Source of the DNA: Podarcis pityusensis
Lineage: Eukaryota
Reading direction: 5' to 3' (one strand)
Length of the DNA: 64,000 bases
Assembly: GCA_964106645.2 (NCBI GenBank)
Contig: OZ067040.1
Shown here: piece by piece, positions 1 to 13,500 of the stretch
Layout: the number at the start of each line of letters is the position of its first letter
Numbering within the stretch: position 1 is the stretch's first letter
Program-made: the position numbers and the translations under genes
The notes under the pieces: generated by a model
What the model was told of the DNA's origin: nothing
The model's input: the letters and a program-made list of their open reading frames with translations, nothing else
The model's database searches: none

Positions 1-367
1 TCCACTGCCTCCCGCAGTGGAAGACAGTAGTTGTGTAGCCATGGTGAAAGCGATTGTGTGAGGGCTAGACACAGTCCTTTTCCTGTGGTGAAAAAACTAA
101 GGACTGACTGTTTCTGTATCAATGCGTTAGTCACTTGCTAGTGGCCTCTTATCTTGCTGTTCTAGAAATATGTGTGGGCAAGACGAAAGATGCCAAAATG
201 TTGCTTTCTTGTCTGATTGATATTTGGGTTAGAAGGAAACAAATAATTGGCCAGACACGGTTCCTGCGTCCAGGCATTGTCAGATCCATGTGGATGGGGG
301 ATAAAAGTTGAAGATGGTGCCAGCCATGAGTTTTGTGTATAGGGTTCCTACAGTGGTTACTTCCTAC

Positions 368-502
368 AATGGTGGGGAAGCTGTGGCCCTCCAAATGTTG
401 GACTCAAGCTTCCATGAGTCCCTGCTAGAATGGCCAATGGTTGGGGATCATGGGAGACATAGTCCAGCAACATCTAGAGGGTTACAAGTTCCCCAGCTGT
501 GC
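368..502. mobile_element. Palindromic MITE (hAT-like); related copies at about 15060-15190, 16191-16329 and 48460-48562
   Basis: Shared fold-back core ccctccagatgttgttggact...cccatca...tgatgggag...agtcc...aacatctggaggg in all four copies. Confidence 0.65.
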
Positions 503-1964
503 TCTAGAAACTATGCTGCACTCTGAGCAACTGCTCTAGAAAACCCACGGCAATGCGTATACCAGGGACGTCCCTCTTTGTCACTGTAAGAGGCTGAGCT
601 GATGACATTAAGGTCCAGGTGCAGTATAGTGTGGACAAGGATGTGTCCTAAGCTTGCCTTCTGGGGTTTTGGCCTTGATGAAGGAGCTGGCATTGGAAGT
701 GAAATACACCATTCAGCTCACACTTATTGCATGGCTGCAAGGTTGCTTAATGGTGTGGGAGGAAACGTCAGTTTAGAAATGTCAGTTGTGATGGATCAAA
801 TGGTAAAACTGCATTACCTTTCTCATGCCAACAGATGAAATGCACTCGTTGCATTAATTTTTGCAAAATTGGTTTGCCAAAATTGGCATAACGTGACTCC
901 CTTCTTTGTCAACCCATCTTTCCCTATGAAGGGTGACCTTGGGCCTAACCCCCTGTCAGCAGAAAATTCTTAAGTTGATTTCCATAGGATTCTTGGCTAT
1001 CCATCCAAGATGACAAAAAATAAATTTCACCCCACGCCTTCCAATGTTTACTGTTAATCATCCATATATCTGACGCTTTTACAGCAGCAGCTTGGGGGGC
1101 AGCAGGGGGGTGGAATATTAAATCTGCTGCTATATTTAGATGTCTCTCTCTAGCTCATTGAAACTTTTACAATAGCTTTTCTATTTGTTTGATTTATGCC
1201 TCCCTTTGGCTCCTGTGCCATATTGTTTGGTGTTTTATGGCAGGCTTAGGCCTTTGGTAGTGTAGGGCTGCCTGTTTCCCCCCCACACATTCTTTCTTGC
1301 AGGCAGGCCTCAAACAGATCTCATTTATTTCGTGCCCTAGGATGTGGCTTTCTCCGTTGACAGCGTAATTTAAAGAAATATATGGATGGCTGAAAAATCA
1401 TTTGCTCAAATTTGTCCAGATGTTTTTTAGACGTGATTGGAATTTGATTGCCCTTTTCCGCAGGGTCAAAAGATATTAATGTCCCAGAACTTTAATTGCT
1501 CACAGAGCCTTTGCTCTTTGAAGATGGAAAAATATTTGGCCTGCAAATTTGACATTTCTACTTTTTTCTCCTTTTGTTTCCTAATGGATAAGACGCACAT
1601 ACAAGAACTTTTTCCATCATCTGAAACATTTGATCTGCTTTCAGTTTCAGGACTGCACAGCTGGACCATCCTATTATAATATGGCTCTGTGCCTAACATA
1701 ACTACCTGACTACTTCACATCATTTATGTCTCATTGTGAACTCTTATCTCATTTGTCATGAATTGGGGCAAATGTTTTTTGTTTAATCATACAACATTTC
1801 TTGGCTTAGCAACGCTAAGAAATTTGTGTTAGCAACAGACGTTTTTGTGAATGGCTGCTGTCAATTACCACAATCTGTATTTTCTGCATTTCCCCCCTTT
1901 TGACATGAATGTTTACAGTTCCACTCCACCACTCCACTTGTGTATGTATACTTCAGGGTAACCC

Positions 1965-2055
1965 TTCATGCATCTGTTGAAGTGGACTGGTGCCCATAAA
2001 ACCTTTTCCCATGATGAATTTATTAGTTTTAAAGTGCCACAAGACTTGCTGTTCA
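1965..2055 (+). mobile_element. Penelope-like element terminal fragment with degenerate hammerhead motif
   Basis: tgcatctgttgaagtggactggtgcccataaaacc...ttagttttaaagtgccacaagact resembles the reptile Penelope end gcatctgaNgaagtgggc...cccacgaaagct...ttagtctctaaggtgccacaag (recalled consensus). Confidence 0.6.
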
Positions 2056-2340
2056 TCTTGTTCTGTTTAGAAGGTCAGTATGTATTCAGCACTCTTGCAC
2101 CTTATTTCTAACCATTTGTATGATAAATAGATTTGGGTGAAATCCATGGGCTTTAAAGGATCATGGTGTGGGAATGTTAAGGAAGGTAGGAGAGGATATA
2201 TTGTTTTGATATTATCCCTCCTCACTCACACTAGTGAGTAAACAGCAGAGCACATTCCCTTTGCAACTTATTGGAAGCAAAATGATGATTCGTTAGAATC
2301 CTTTAATTAAGCAATCCAGTCTGGTTTGTCCAGTCTGGAT

Positions 2341-2792
2341 TGTTCCTGGTAAGTTTCTCCTCTTAAAATAATAATAACACATCACAGTCTTCTTTAAAAG
2401 TAAGAATAAAGTGTTACTCACATTCAGTTCACAGCAGTAATCCAAAGGCAGACTTTATCATGTGGTTACAGTGAAAAGAAGTCTGAGCTGCATATCAGAC
2501 TTTCTGCTTGTGGGCTCCATCCTATGTGAAGGTTGAGCCATGCACTGGCTAAGAGCCAGAAGAGCAAAAGTCCAAGAGTAAGAGAGTACAAGTCCAAGAG
2601 AGAGATGGTTGCGTAGCCAGCCCTTTTATCTGGTCAGCTAGGGCCCTGCCCACCTGCCTGGTCACACACAGGCGAGGAGAATCCAGAGCAGGTATGACAG
2701 GAAGTCCTTCTTGTCTGGAGCCACATTCCCCTGTGTGTCCATTCCAGGCAACAGGAAAATATGGAACTTGACTGCTCTAGCAATAATACACA
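2341..2792 (-). mobile_element. Solo LTR-like element
   Basis: TG...CA-type ends; TATA-like gataaaaggg on the minus strand (about 2621-2630) followed by a pyrimidine-rich R/U5-like part. No clean TSD. Confidence 0.4.
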
Positions 2793-3646
2793 TGGTACCC
2801 TGCCTCAGTAAATAAGTTAGATGGGCTTTCATTCCAGATTGTAGATTGCATCCATTTGTCTGCTTTAATCAAACATGTGTCATATATTCGCTAGCTGCAT
2901 TGCATTTAGGAAAAGGGTTTAACTTTACTTGTCACACACTTTGCTACTGTACCTGAAGTGGAGCTTTGTCAGTGGAATGTTAATGAGCAAAAAGGGCTGG
3001 TATTCATCCTCCAGGCCCCAATGTGGCCAAATAGTGGTGTATAGAAAGGCAAGGTTGTAAACATCTGTGTGCCTACCTATCTGCTAGTGGAGTCTTAGAA
3101 ACAGGGGATGGAAACTAGCGTTGTAATTTCCGCAGAGGTGAGGATTTTTTTCTCCTATATAACAAATAAATTAATAAATAAAATGTGCCCACCTTTCCAT
3201 TAAAGGTATGGAAACGTAGCACTATAAATAATGTTTTTTCTTGAATGTTCTTTGGTGGTTTTGGCTTTGGAACAGCAAAATGATGACGGTTTTCAGAACA
3301 TATATTACTACGGCAAATGCAGCAGACAGTCCAATTTGATGAGGGATTTGTACTCTTGCCCCCCGCCTTGTCACCCCACATTTGCCATATTTTTATGGGG
3401 CTGCTTCCTATTATACCATAGAAGTCTTATACAATAGAAGAGCTTACCCTTCTGAACACGTTTAATTATCTTCCCATCATCTTGCCCATAACTGAACAAT
3501 GAATAAAATATCCCCATGGTTTTAAAATCTTTTTTTTCATCATGTGCTAAAGCATTCTTCCTGGTTTATCCTGGTGTGGTTTTTGCTTTCATGCTCTATA
3601 GTGGTCTGTGTAGTAGCACATAATGTTCACCACACTGGACTTCAAC

Positions 3647-4317
3647 TGTGTCCGGAGCTGTGTTGGGCATTGGGCCGCATCAGAGTTAGCACTGCTGTTT
3701 TACTTATTTGTGTGTGTTTAGTTTCTCAGAGACAGAAGAAAAATAGTTGGAGTAGGGAAGAGAGGAAAAGTAATGAAAGGTAGATGTGTAGTGTGAAATG
3801 TAAAAGCAAAATGTAAATGTAAAAAGGAAATGTAAAAGTGTTTCCTGTCAACAGACTGTAACTGAAGCTCACCAGGGATCTCAGGTTGATGTACAGTGAT
3901 GTTGGATATAAGACACCTGTCCGTCCTGGGACGGACCCTTAAAATAAAGTCTGAGCAAAGTTGGTGAAGCAGCAAAGGTTCATTAATTGCTTGCAAGGAT
4001 GGGTGTCCAAAGCAGGCACACCCAAATTCAGCAAAACACAAGTTTATATCACCTTCCTTTGAGCGAAAAGTTCCGTCCCCTGTCCTCCACTGGGTTACAG
4101 CCTATCACAACCTCGTAATTAAAATACTAAAATCTCCTCCCCTGTTGACATCTCCCATTCCCCTGAATTCAGGGACCATTACCCTTAATTACTTTTGCCA
4201 AAATAAGGAAGCGTGTTCCTATGCTCTCACACATCTACCCAAGCAATAAAGCCACATCCCGACCATGCCTTAGGCATACACGAGTCCTACCCTGCTGAAG
4301 TGTCTAGATAAACCACA
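3647..4317 (-). mobile_element. Solo LTR-like element
   Basis: Minus strand begins tgtggttt, has gatataaac (about 4042-4050) and ends ...ggacaca; LTR-like organisation. No clean TSD. Confidence 0.4.
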
Positions 4318-4929
4318 TTCTAGCAGCAAGCCACCCTGTTTTCTGGCGTTCTAACCCCAAGCACCCAAGCGAGTCTGCGGTTTTTTAGCTGTTGCAACCT
4401 TCTACCCAGGTGTTGCAACTGTTTGAGGCCTTCTGACCTTTTATGAAAAAGTGACATTTTCCTTTTCTTACAATTGACAATCTTATTTTCCTCTTCCGAC
4501 AACCCTATGAGGTAGATTATTAGGTTGAGAATTAGTGAATTTTCAGAAGAATTCATGGCTGAGCAACATTTTGAATGAGGGTTCTTCACATGGCAAATCA
4601 ATACTCCAGCAGCGGCAGTGCCACATTGTCTTTCCTAGCAAGACATCCTAGAGTACACCACTTGCATCACATCCCTCAAGAATACTTGTACCACTTGGGC
4701 TGCTTATTCATAAAACGTGGTCACAGGCCCACTGTGAAATGTGGGCTTGACGGAATGGGTACTGGTTATTTCTGCATTTGTCAAGGCCTTTGAAGATGTG
4801 CCCCCAAAGGCTAGGGCTCTTAATGTATTTATTTTTATGTGTTCATTTAGACTCTAGACTGTAGGTTGTAACAACAATGGTGAAGAATGACTGCAATTGT
4901 AAAACTAAACAAAATTTTCAGATTTCTAC

Positions 4930-5776
4930 TGTGTGTGTGCACGCACAGAAGACCTTTGGGGCTTGCTCTGGCAGGTGGCTTATTTGCGTGTTCAGACCCA
5001 GAGATCTCTCCCCTAAATAAAGTCACACTTGACTCAAATTTTAGTTTTGGTTTTTGGCAGAATTTAGGCCACAACTTTATTGATTACAGAAGGTGAGTGG
5101 TTGCATAGGCTCTGGTTCGACTAGCTCCCTGCACACTTGCAGGCAGCGCTGACCCAGGGCACCAGCATAGGTCAGCCAAGGGTGAACACCTGGGTAGGCG
5201 AAAAGCCGGGAACAGACTATGTTCACCACCCAGATGCCCCCCTGGACTCAGGCACGGGCACAACCCCCTCTCAGGGGTTGACCAAACCAGTTGAGTCCCT
5301 GGATTCCTTTAACGGAATACCCTTCTCATAGGGATGGTGAGAGCCTTCTCTCATCCCTGTCACCTGAACCAGAGCCTATCCGCAACCTTACAAGTTGTGA
5401 CGATTTGCTACGTGGCAGGCGAAAACCTAAATGGCACCAGCCAATCAGCCAAGTGGGAAAAATTCCTACTGTGTCCCTGTCCCAACGGCAGATGACACAC
5501 AACGGCATAGCAAGATCAATCGCAAAATTGCCCTGAAAGTAGGGAGAGGTGGGCGGGTGTTCTGAATGCACAAGCTGAAAGAGGAAGCTCTGGGTCACGT
5601 GCATAGGTATATATAGGTCCCTCAATCTGTTTGGACTGTGCCCCATTGGCCAGATTGAACCCATCATCGAGGGACTTACCAATCGGGTGTTATGGCTGTC
5701 CAATCTCACTCACCCACAACACAGGAGTTTGGTCTCCAGGTCTCACCGCAACACATGCCCTCTTTTAGAGAGGACA
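4930..5776 (-). mobile_element. LTR-like interspersed repeat, copy 1
   Basis: Reverse complement aligns continuously over about 730 bp with 63272-64000; CCAAT, TATA (tatatata) and aataaagttgtggcc occur in promoter-to-polyA order. Confidence 0.8.
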
Positions 5777-6324
5777 TGATTTATTGATTTTATACCACTT
5801 AATATATAAGAATATCTCTGTGGTGTACAGAAAATCAAAGCAAAAACATACAACTTAAGCATCAACAAATTTTACAATATAAAAATGTTACCTTGATACA
5901 AAATTACTAATATTATAAACCAATGTCATCTTCTCTCTCAGTTTCCTGGCTCTCACCCAGGGCCCAAACAAACTCATATCTCTCCCTCAAAAATCTCACA
6001 AAGGGAAGGTTCCTAGAAACTGCTTCTGACATTGCCTAGTCTTTTAGGCTTGTTTTTTATGGGCAGACCCAAAGTGGATGAAGCATCCTCAGGCTGCCCA
6101 CAACCATATCCTTCTCAGCAGCCAGCTGTCCTCTCCACACCCAGTTCTAAGTACAGCAGCTTGGTGAGTTTCCAAGGGTGGGGAAAGGATGCTTTCCCAC
6201 TCACCGTTCTTTTTCCAGCCTTTCCCCTCTTCTCCTTCAGCTGCTTTTTAAACTAAGCTTATAAACTATGCAAATTACAATGCTTCTGAGTTCAATGGGA
6301 GATGAATAGCAACCTATGATTGCA

Positions 6325-6583
6325 GTTCTGAGGTTACAGGGAACCAGGCCTTCTCGGTAGTGGCAGCCGTCCTGTGGAACACCCACCCACCAGATGTCAA
6401 AGAGAACAACAACTACCAGACTTTTAGAAGACATCTGAAGGCAGCCCTGTTTAGGGAAGCTTTTAATGTTTGATGCATTACTGTATTTTAATATTTTGTT
6501 GGAAGCCACCCAGAGTGCCTGGGGAAGCCCAGCCAGATGGGCGGGGTATAAATAATAAATTATTATTATTATTATTATTATTA
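6325..6583 (+). mobile_element. L2 LINE 3' end with (ATT)n tail
   Basis: ccagacttttagaagacatctgaaggcagccctgtttagggaagc...ggaagccacccagagtgcctggggaagcccagccagatgggcggggtataaataataaa(tta)n. Confidence 0.8.
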
Positions 6584-7065
6584 CTATGCATGGCAGCGTG
6601 AGTCAGGGTATGGCGTCAAAAGAGAGTGTCAAAAGAGGTACATTCATTTAAATATACCTGTGTACTGAAAGCTCCTTAGACTTTGAAGCTTCAGTTCTAA
6701 AAATGAGAGAGGGTGCACATATACACACTCCAAGTGTCTACCTGTTTGCTGCCTGCCTCCTTTTTTTCTCCTGGCATCACAGCAGATAATCATAAAGGGC
6801 CAACCAATAAACAGAACCACATAAAGGTCTGGTGAGACAGAATGGATCCCTGTGGGTTAGACCTGCTAGTGTTCAGCTCCTGTAACCTGTCACCCTCATG
6901 TGCTTCCTTGACTGTATGCCCAGAATGCCACACCTGGAGGCATGTCTGTGACAATTCTCCCCTCCCCTTTGAACTCTGTCTACCCCTAGATATTTCATGT
7001 TAGGTCTTGCCCTACTGGGTTGCTATGGAAGTAATTATAAATTACTACCTCCCATTATATTAGAT

Positions 7066-7291
7066 CAGGCATGTCCAAAGTCCGTTTTGGGGGCCTAATC
7101 CGGCCCACTGGTCAGTTTAATCTGGCTCCCACAGGCAGTTCGTTTCCGGGGCTCTAAAAAAAAAAAAGTCAACAACTTTGGAGTAACATCCTAAAAAGTT
7201 TAACAACTTCAATCCTACTTCTTTGGTCGGCCCTCATGCATGTTCACTTCATCAAATCTGGCCCTCTTTGAAAAAAGTTTGGGCACCCCTG
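7066..7291. mobile_element. hAT-type MITE
   Basis: TIRs caggcatgtccaaa / tttgggcacccctg; 8-bp TSD TATTAGAT / TGTTAGAT (7 of 8). Confidence 0.8.
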
Positions 7292-8322
7292 TGTTAGATT
7301 AACACAGAGAGAGCAACAAATCCCAAGCTCAGTGTGTGGATAAGCCCTGTTGTCCCACACAACAAACGTGGTGATGAGCCCATGTTTGGGTTTTACCACT
7401 TCTGACTGCAGGCCTAGGCTTCCTTCACCTTGGGCATTTCTGCTCACAAAGGATTAGCTTGTCAGAAAGAAGGCTAAGTAGAATGGTTTGCTCCCTAGTT
7501 TCCGCACCACCAACAAATGCACAGAGGACAGTGGGATTCTGCAACTTGTTGCACTTAATGTGTAGTCCATGACCCTTGTGCTAATTTGATAATGCATTTT
7601 TGAAAAGAATGGGTTGGGAACAGCAATTAAAACAATTTGACTTGCTAAGACTTCTCTGCTGGCATGGTAACTCCAGTTGAGCAGAATGGATCAGGTATGT
7701 GATGTCATGCGAAGGAAGCATTGTGAGCTACTGCTCTGCTTCCCTAAGGTTGGTGTTTATTTCAGAGATATGTGGCTAGCTGCTTGGGTTCATTCCCTGG
7801 TCCTTCCCAGTTCAGCTGTGTGTGTGATATTTTGACTGGGACAGATTTGACCAGGAGACAGACTCCTTGCTTACTCCATTCTATGAGTCAGTTGATCTAT
7901 AATGCCTATGTGGCAACCATTATACTTTCTTTTTTTTTTTTGCAGACTTTGAATTTATTTGGGGCACCTCACCTCCTACCATGTGGTAGGTTAGCCTTCT
8001 TTTGCTCTGACTGCCCTGAAATTTGAATGAGAGATACCACTCAAGCAGTTTAGGAATGTTTTTATTGAATTAGGGAGGTTCACTGTTGCAGACTTTGAGA
8101 ATCCCTTGCATTTTATGTTGTGAGATCTATGGAGGAAGGGAGGTATACAAAATTAAATAATAATCATTGTAATAGATAAGAGTAGCTGCTGTATTCAAAC
8201 TGCTGCTCAGCCATGGGCATCTTGGGTAAACTTGCACAAATCTGTGTTCCTGATCTGTAAAATAAAAACTATAGTGACTTCCCTCCTTGAGGGTTTGTTT
8301 CGATGATCAGTCACCCTGAAAA

Positions 8323-8370
8323 TTCTTCTTCTTCTTCTTCTTCTTCTTCTTCTTCTTCTTCTTCTTCTTC
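8323..8370. repeat. (TTC)16 microsatellite
   Basis: Perfect trinucleotide run. Confidence 0.95.
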
Positions 8371-9639
8371 ATGTGTTAAATCCATTGTAGCTTAGTACCA
8401 TAACCACTGCTCAGCATGTATGTGCATGGCTTGCTTTCTCAATAAGTTTAAGAATTTTGAGGAGGGGAGGGATCATGTGTAAGGAACATATCAGTTCCAG
8501 TGCATGGCTTGATTTTTCTCACTAATGTTCTCTTCAGATGCCTTTCCCTGCAGTGCACTGCTATTCTGCTGGTGGCACACTGGAGATCAGATTGAACAGG
8601 GCTGTTTGAGGAGGGGAGGACTGGTGTGTGAGTGGTGTTGCCTTGAGGAAACTATTTGACGAAGTTTATTTTATTTAATCCATTTCATCACACACCCGCA
8701 CACACCCACACATCCAGTCTTTTGCTCTGGGGGCTTTTGGCCCCTTCTAGCAATGGATTCCCCTTCTAGCAGAAGCTCTGTGAAATGTACTGGAGTTGAC
8801 ACAGAGCTCTGGATCAAATGGTATAACTCCAGCACCTGCTAGAAAATGCTGCACATTTGAAAGTTCAGGTGAAATATTGGCAATGACACGTGTAATGATC
8901 ACATACAATGCAAAAAGGGGGAAAAGAACAAGTCAGTGTTTTGAAATGACTATAAAATGCAGGTGTGTAAATCCTTCAGGATATGTCAGACAGAGGATAA
9001 CGGCTGCAAGCAGAAAGGCAGCAGGCAATAGCTCTTTCCCCTTAGAACAAACAAGCCCCCGAGGACTGGTGTAGCGGAGTGGACTGCGTGTGGGCATGGA
9101 AAGGTCCTGGTTCAGACCCCACAAGGAATCCTGGGCTTAGCAATTTCACTTGTTTATTTGTTGATATTATTGTATGGTTGGATGTTTAAGATGTAAGGCA
9201 CCTTGGCAGATTATCACTTGGAAAGGCAGCTTATACATGTTTCTTTAAACCCAATCAGTTCCCTGGTATGCATGAGGCTCACTGTGGGTGGTGGACAGTC
9301 CTGGATCTCCTGCCTTTTAATAGAGCCATTGAGTCTCCCACTATCTTAATTTGCCCAGAGACCCTTGGTTTAATATAAGCAGCAGTTTTTGCTAACAAAC
9401 TGCAGGTGGGGTGTAGCAGGCCCAGGACATCCCACAGTTTACAGTAAGCCCTGACAGCAAGTTTTTATTGTACTTTTATTTAATCTTTATTTGTATTAAT
9501 AAGCTGTTTGCTTCTTTGGTGGACTTTGGACCAAAATGTGGCCCTCTGCATGTCTGCCTATATGTACCTCTATAGTATACATATAAATACATATGTACCG
9601 TAGGTGTTATGTCTATGCCATTGAATGCCAGTAGCCAGA

Positions 9640-9780
9640 AAACACAGGTGGAGAGAGTACTGTTGTGCTGAGGTCCTGCTTTTAGTCTTCCCAGGGACAT
9701 CTGGTTGACCATGGTAAGAACAGGATGCTGGGCTAGATGGACTTTTGCCTGGTCCAGGAGGGCTTTTTCTTGTATATTCT
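9640..9780 (+). mobile_element. SINE/CR1-related 3' fragment; similar copy at about 34760-34880
   Basis: caggatgctgggctagatggacttttgcctggtccaggagggctttttcttgtatattct matches gggtgctggaagggatgggcctttggtctgattcaaaagagcttttcttgtgttct. Confidence 0.55.
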
Positions 9781-9784
9781 ATGG

Positions 9785-9977
9785 CAGGGGTGTCCAACAG
9801 GCCGGCTGCGATCTACCTGTCAATGGCGTGATGTACCTGGTCGATACTGGTTGATCGCAGGACTCTGATTGTCCTCCAAAGAAAGCTCAACAACTCCGGT
9901 CAATCCAATGGGTAGATCACTGCCAGTTTATTTATAGTGGGAGTAGATCACAGTCTCTTGGAAGTTGGACACGCCTG
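9785..9977. mobile_element. hAT-type MITE
   Basis: TIRs caggggtgtccaac / gttggacacgcctg (13 of 14); perfect 8-bp TSD TTCTATGG on both sides. Confidence 0.9.
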
Positions 9978-10234
9978 TTCTATGGAGTCTAAATATATAA
10001 ATTATAAATATATAAATTAACGCGTGCTGCTTGCATCATGGGCCTCTGCCCAGAGCCATATTTTAAGCAGTTAATAAGGCCCCTGTCAGTCTCTCAACCT
10101 GGATTGTTTGAGGTTAAAATAGGACTCTCCAGCTCCTGAGCTGCTTGGTGGAAGAACATTTTCCTTACATGTTGAGAATTATTTTTATAATTGTAAGGTT
10201 GTGCTAAACATGTCTTACAAAGTGTTGAAAATGA

Positions 10235-10597
<363 letters not shown>

Positions 10598-13500
10598 AAA
10601 AAACAAAAACAAAAAACAAGGAAGCTAATGAAATTAGGGGAAAAATAAATAAAAGGAAAAGCAGAGAGAGAAATCTTTTTAAACAAACATTTTAATTTTA
10701 GCTTTAAAATATTGGATTGGGCTTTGGAAGAATTATACTAGGTAGGTCACACCCACATTTTATTTTATTTTAAAGGAAGTAAGGTCAGAGACGCACAATG
10801 GAAACAGGAACACAGAGGCTCAGTGGCTTTTGCAAAGGAACTTTTGAAGACAACTTCAAGGAATTTCCACTTCTGTTCTCCTGCAATCTTTTTGTGATAA
10901 TTGGGGAGGGTGTGTGTGAAAAATGTCAATAATAGGTAAAAACAATCAATAACTTATTGGAAGAATCTTTTTGATAATGTTGATATGTTGGCCGAGATAC
11001 ATAGTCTGTTTCTGTATAATTGTTATTTTTCAAAAAAAGAAAAAAAGAAGTCTATCTAAAGTAGAAAAATCAAAAAAACTAAGGGATAGATTTATTTTAT
11101 ATGGGACTGTCCCATTCAGAGCAAAGTGTCCTGTTTTCAGCTCAGACCAACTGTAGCCCCCTGACTTGGGTGATGTCTTGCCATTGCCACTCTGTGGCAT
11201 CAGAATGCCCAGGCCTAAGCTCTACCAATAGTCTCTGGCTTGCAGATTTCTTCACAGTGGGTTGAGGTAGCAGGAAATGAGAGCTCTGGGTCTGTTTAGA
11301 CTAGAAACCATTATGGGGAAACCTAAAGCAGTGCATTTGCATCTAACAAGTTCACGTTCTGATGAAGTTAGAACTATTCTTACTTGGAAGAGTATTTCAA
11401 ATAATGTTAGCTAAAAAGACAGTTATCGAGTGTCCCCATTTTCAATACAGACTACCTAAATTTCTGGGTTTACTGAAAACTAGATACTTTACATATTTAT
11501 TCCTAAAATTCTGAAGCTGCAACTTTGCAAGTTTCACTGGCTGTTAGGATGTGTAAAGTTTGCATACAGGATCCAATGAGATTTTGATAACAAGGCGGTG
11601 AACTAACTTGGAATTAGGTGGTAACCTCTGGCATAACATTTTTTTCAAAATGGAGATGTACATGTGAAAAAATGTTATACAGGAATGCAAAAGCTCTGAA
11701 CAGAAGAGGGGACGCATACTACACTCTCCTGCTTCTGGATTATTCTTTTTAAAACCAATATACACATTTTGCATTCATATATAACTTTTTTATGTATTTC
11801 TACTCCATGAAGGTCAAATGCTACATAGAACTGATCCTATGTTTGAAATCAATATGACCTATTTCCAAGTCCAGTTGCTGCAGTCTGACAATCCCTTGTA
11901 GATGCAGGACCTCGGATGTACACACAAATCTCTCCTGTTTGCAAGAGTTTCCTTTGCATTGCAATGAAACCACCTATCTCATTTGAGCAGATAGCTCAGT
12001 GGGCCCCACAAGAATTGTACATGGAGGTGTGCCACTGAAGTGAACAGGAGCTTCTTGTGTGCGTTCAAGTGCAGAGAACTGGCTGTTCTAAGACTGGGAA
12101 CAATATGCTTAAGACAGAGGTGCCAGTCTGCTAATTGCTACTCTGAATGGATATTGGCTAATTCTCAACAATTCAGTTTGCTCTTTTTAATATGTCTCAG
12201 ACTGCTCTCTCTCTCTTTTTAAAGAAGTATTAGTAACAGGAATGTCTTGATGAGTATGTGATTTCCTTCTCAGGAGTATGTACCCTTTTTATTTTCTTCT
12301 GTTTCCCAAAGCTTTGCCCGCTTGGCTTATGAGCTTCTTCAAAGAGGACTAGAACTCCCTACACATTTCATCAGGTACAGAGATGAAAATCCACAATTCT
12401 GACACTTTTCTTTTCAAATCAAAGCCAGTTGTTTTGGAATTCCGCAGGTGTACTTCTTTAAAGAAGCTCAAAGGGAATAGATTAAGCAAGGCAAAGGCAG
12501 CTGAATGGGCAATGTCATATTGATAGGCAAATGCTAATTTATCCAGTATATAGAAAAGTTTTGGGGAGGGCCAATAATATTTGATGCACAGAATAACACA
12601 GGTTTGCTAAGTGTCTTTAGAGGAGAAGGAGGGGACTGAAGGTAAAGAGGATTCTTGAGCATTTCCAGTAGCTTTGTTTAAGGAAGTCTCTTTTCCCCAG
12701 GTTATTAAATGAGTTTTGCAGTTCTTGGTTTAGAAAAAACAACATGTCTTGGGATGAGGGAAATCAACCAAATTCCAAGCATTTGCAGAAATTTAAGTGC
12801 ATTACAGTATATTTTATAAATGAGATTTTAAAAAGCTCCCCCCTCCCTTGTTTGGAATACCTACTAAAGTTATACTTCAGTGAAAGAAGATGAATTTTAC
12901 CTTGCATGTTATCAGCTTGGAAATACCTTGTTGACTTGATAATGGCTATGGTGTTCCATGCATTTTGAAAAATCATTTCCCTTTTGTCACAACAGCTTAT
13001 GTCTATACATCATTTTGACTTAACTTACTGAATTCATGCTAGAAGATGAGAATAGGATAAACACATTACCATGGCTGTAACTTCCATTATTTTTGGTAGA
13101 ACTTTGTTCTCCTTAAGCGAACACTTATGGATGGGGTCCATCTGTTTCACAGGGTAGTGTTTTACGTTTGGAATTCAGTTTTCAAAAGCAATTTGGGTCC
13201 TGGTAGTTTTTAATTTTAAAAATATGAAGGTTATTTCTCACAATGTAAACTTAAAGAGTACAAGAAGTGACCAGTGCCCCAGTTGAAATGGCTGCACATG
13301 TCTGTTTCACCATGTGTATAAATATTCAACACATATTCAGCATATAGCAGAATGATGCATCCAACTGGAGTTCTGTACGGCATATACACACAGTGAAATA
13401 TGCATGTGTAGTTGCTTGAAACATGAAGACGTACATTCTGAATTCATCACCTACTGTGTTCCAAACAGTATCATGCACAATGCAACTGCTGAATTACGTA

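Noticed and set aside
5137-5709. ORFs similar to those at 63241-63903, suggesting a duplicated gene
   Set aside because: The similarity comes from two copies of a non-coding repeat; stops and frames are not preserved between copies.
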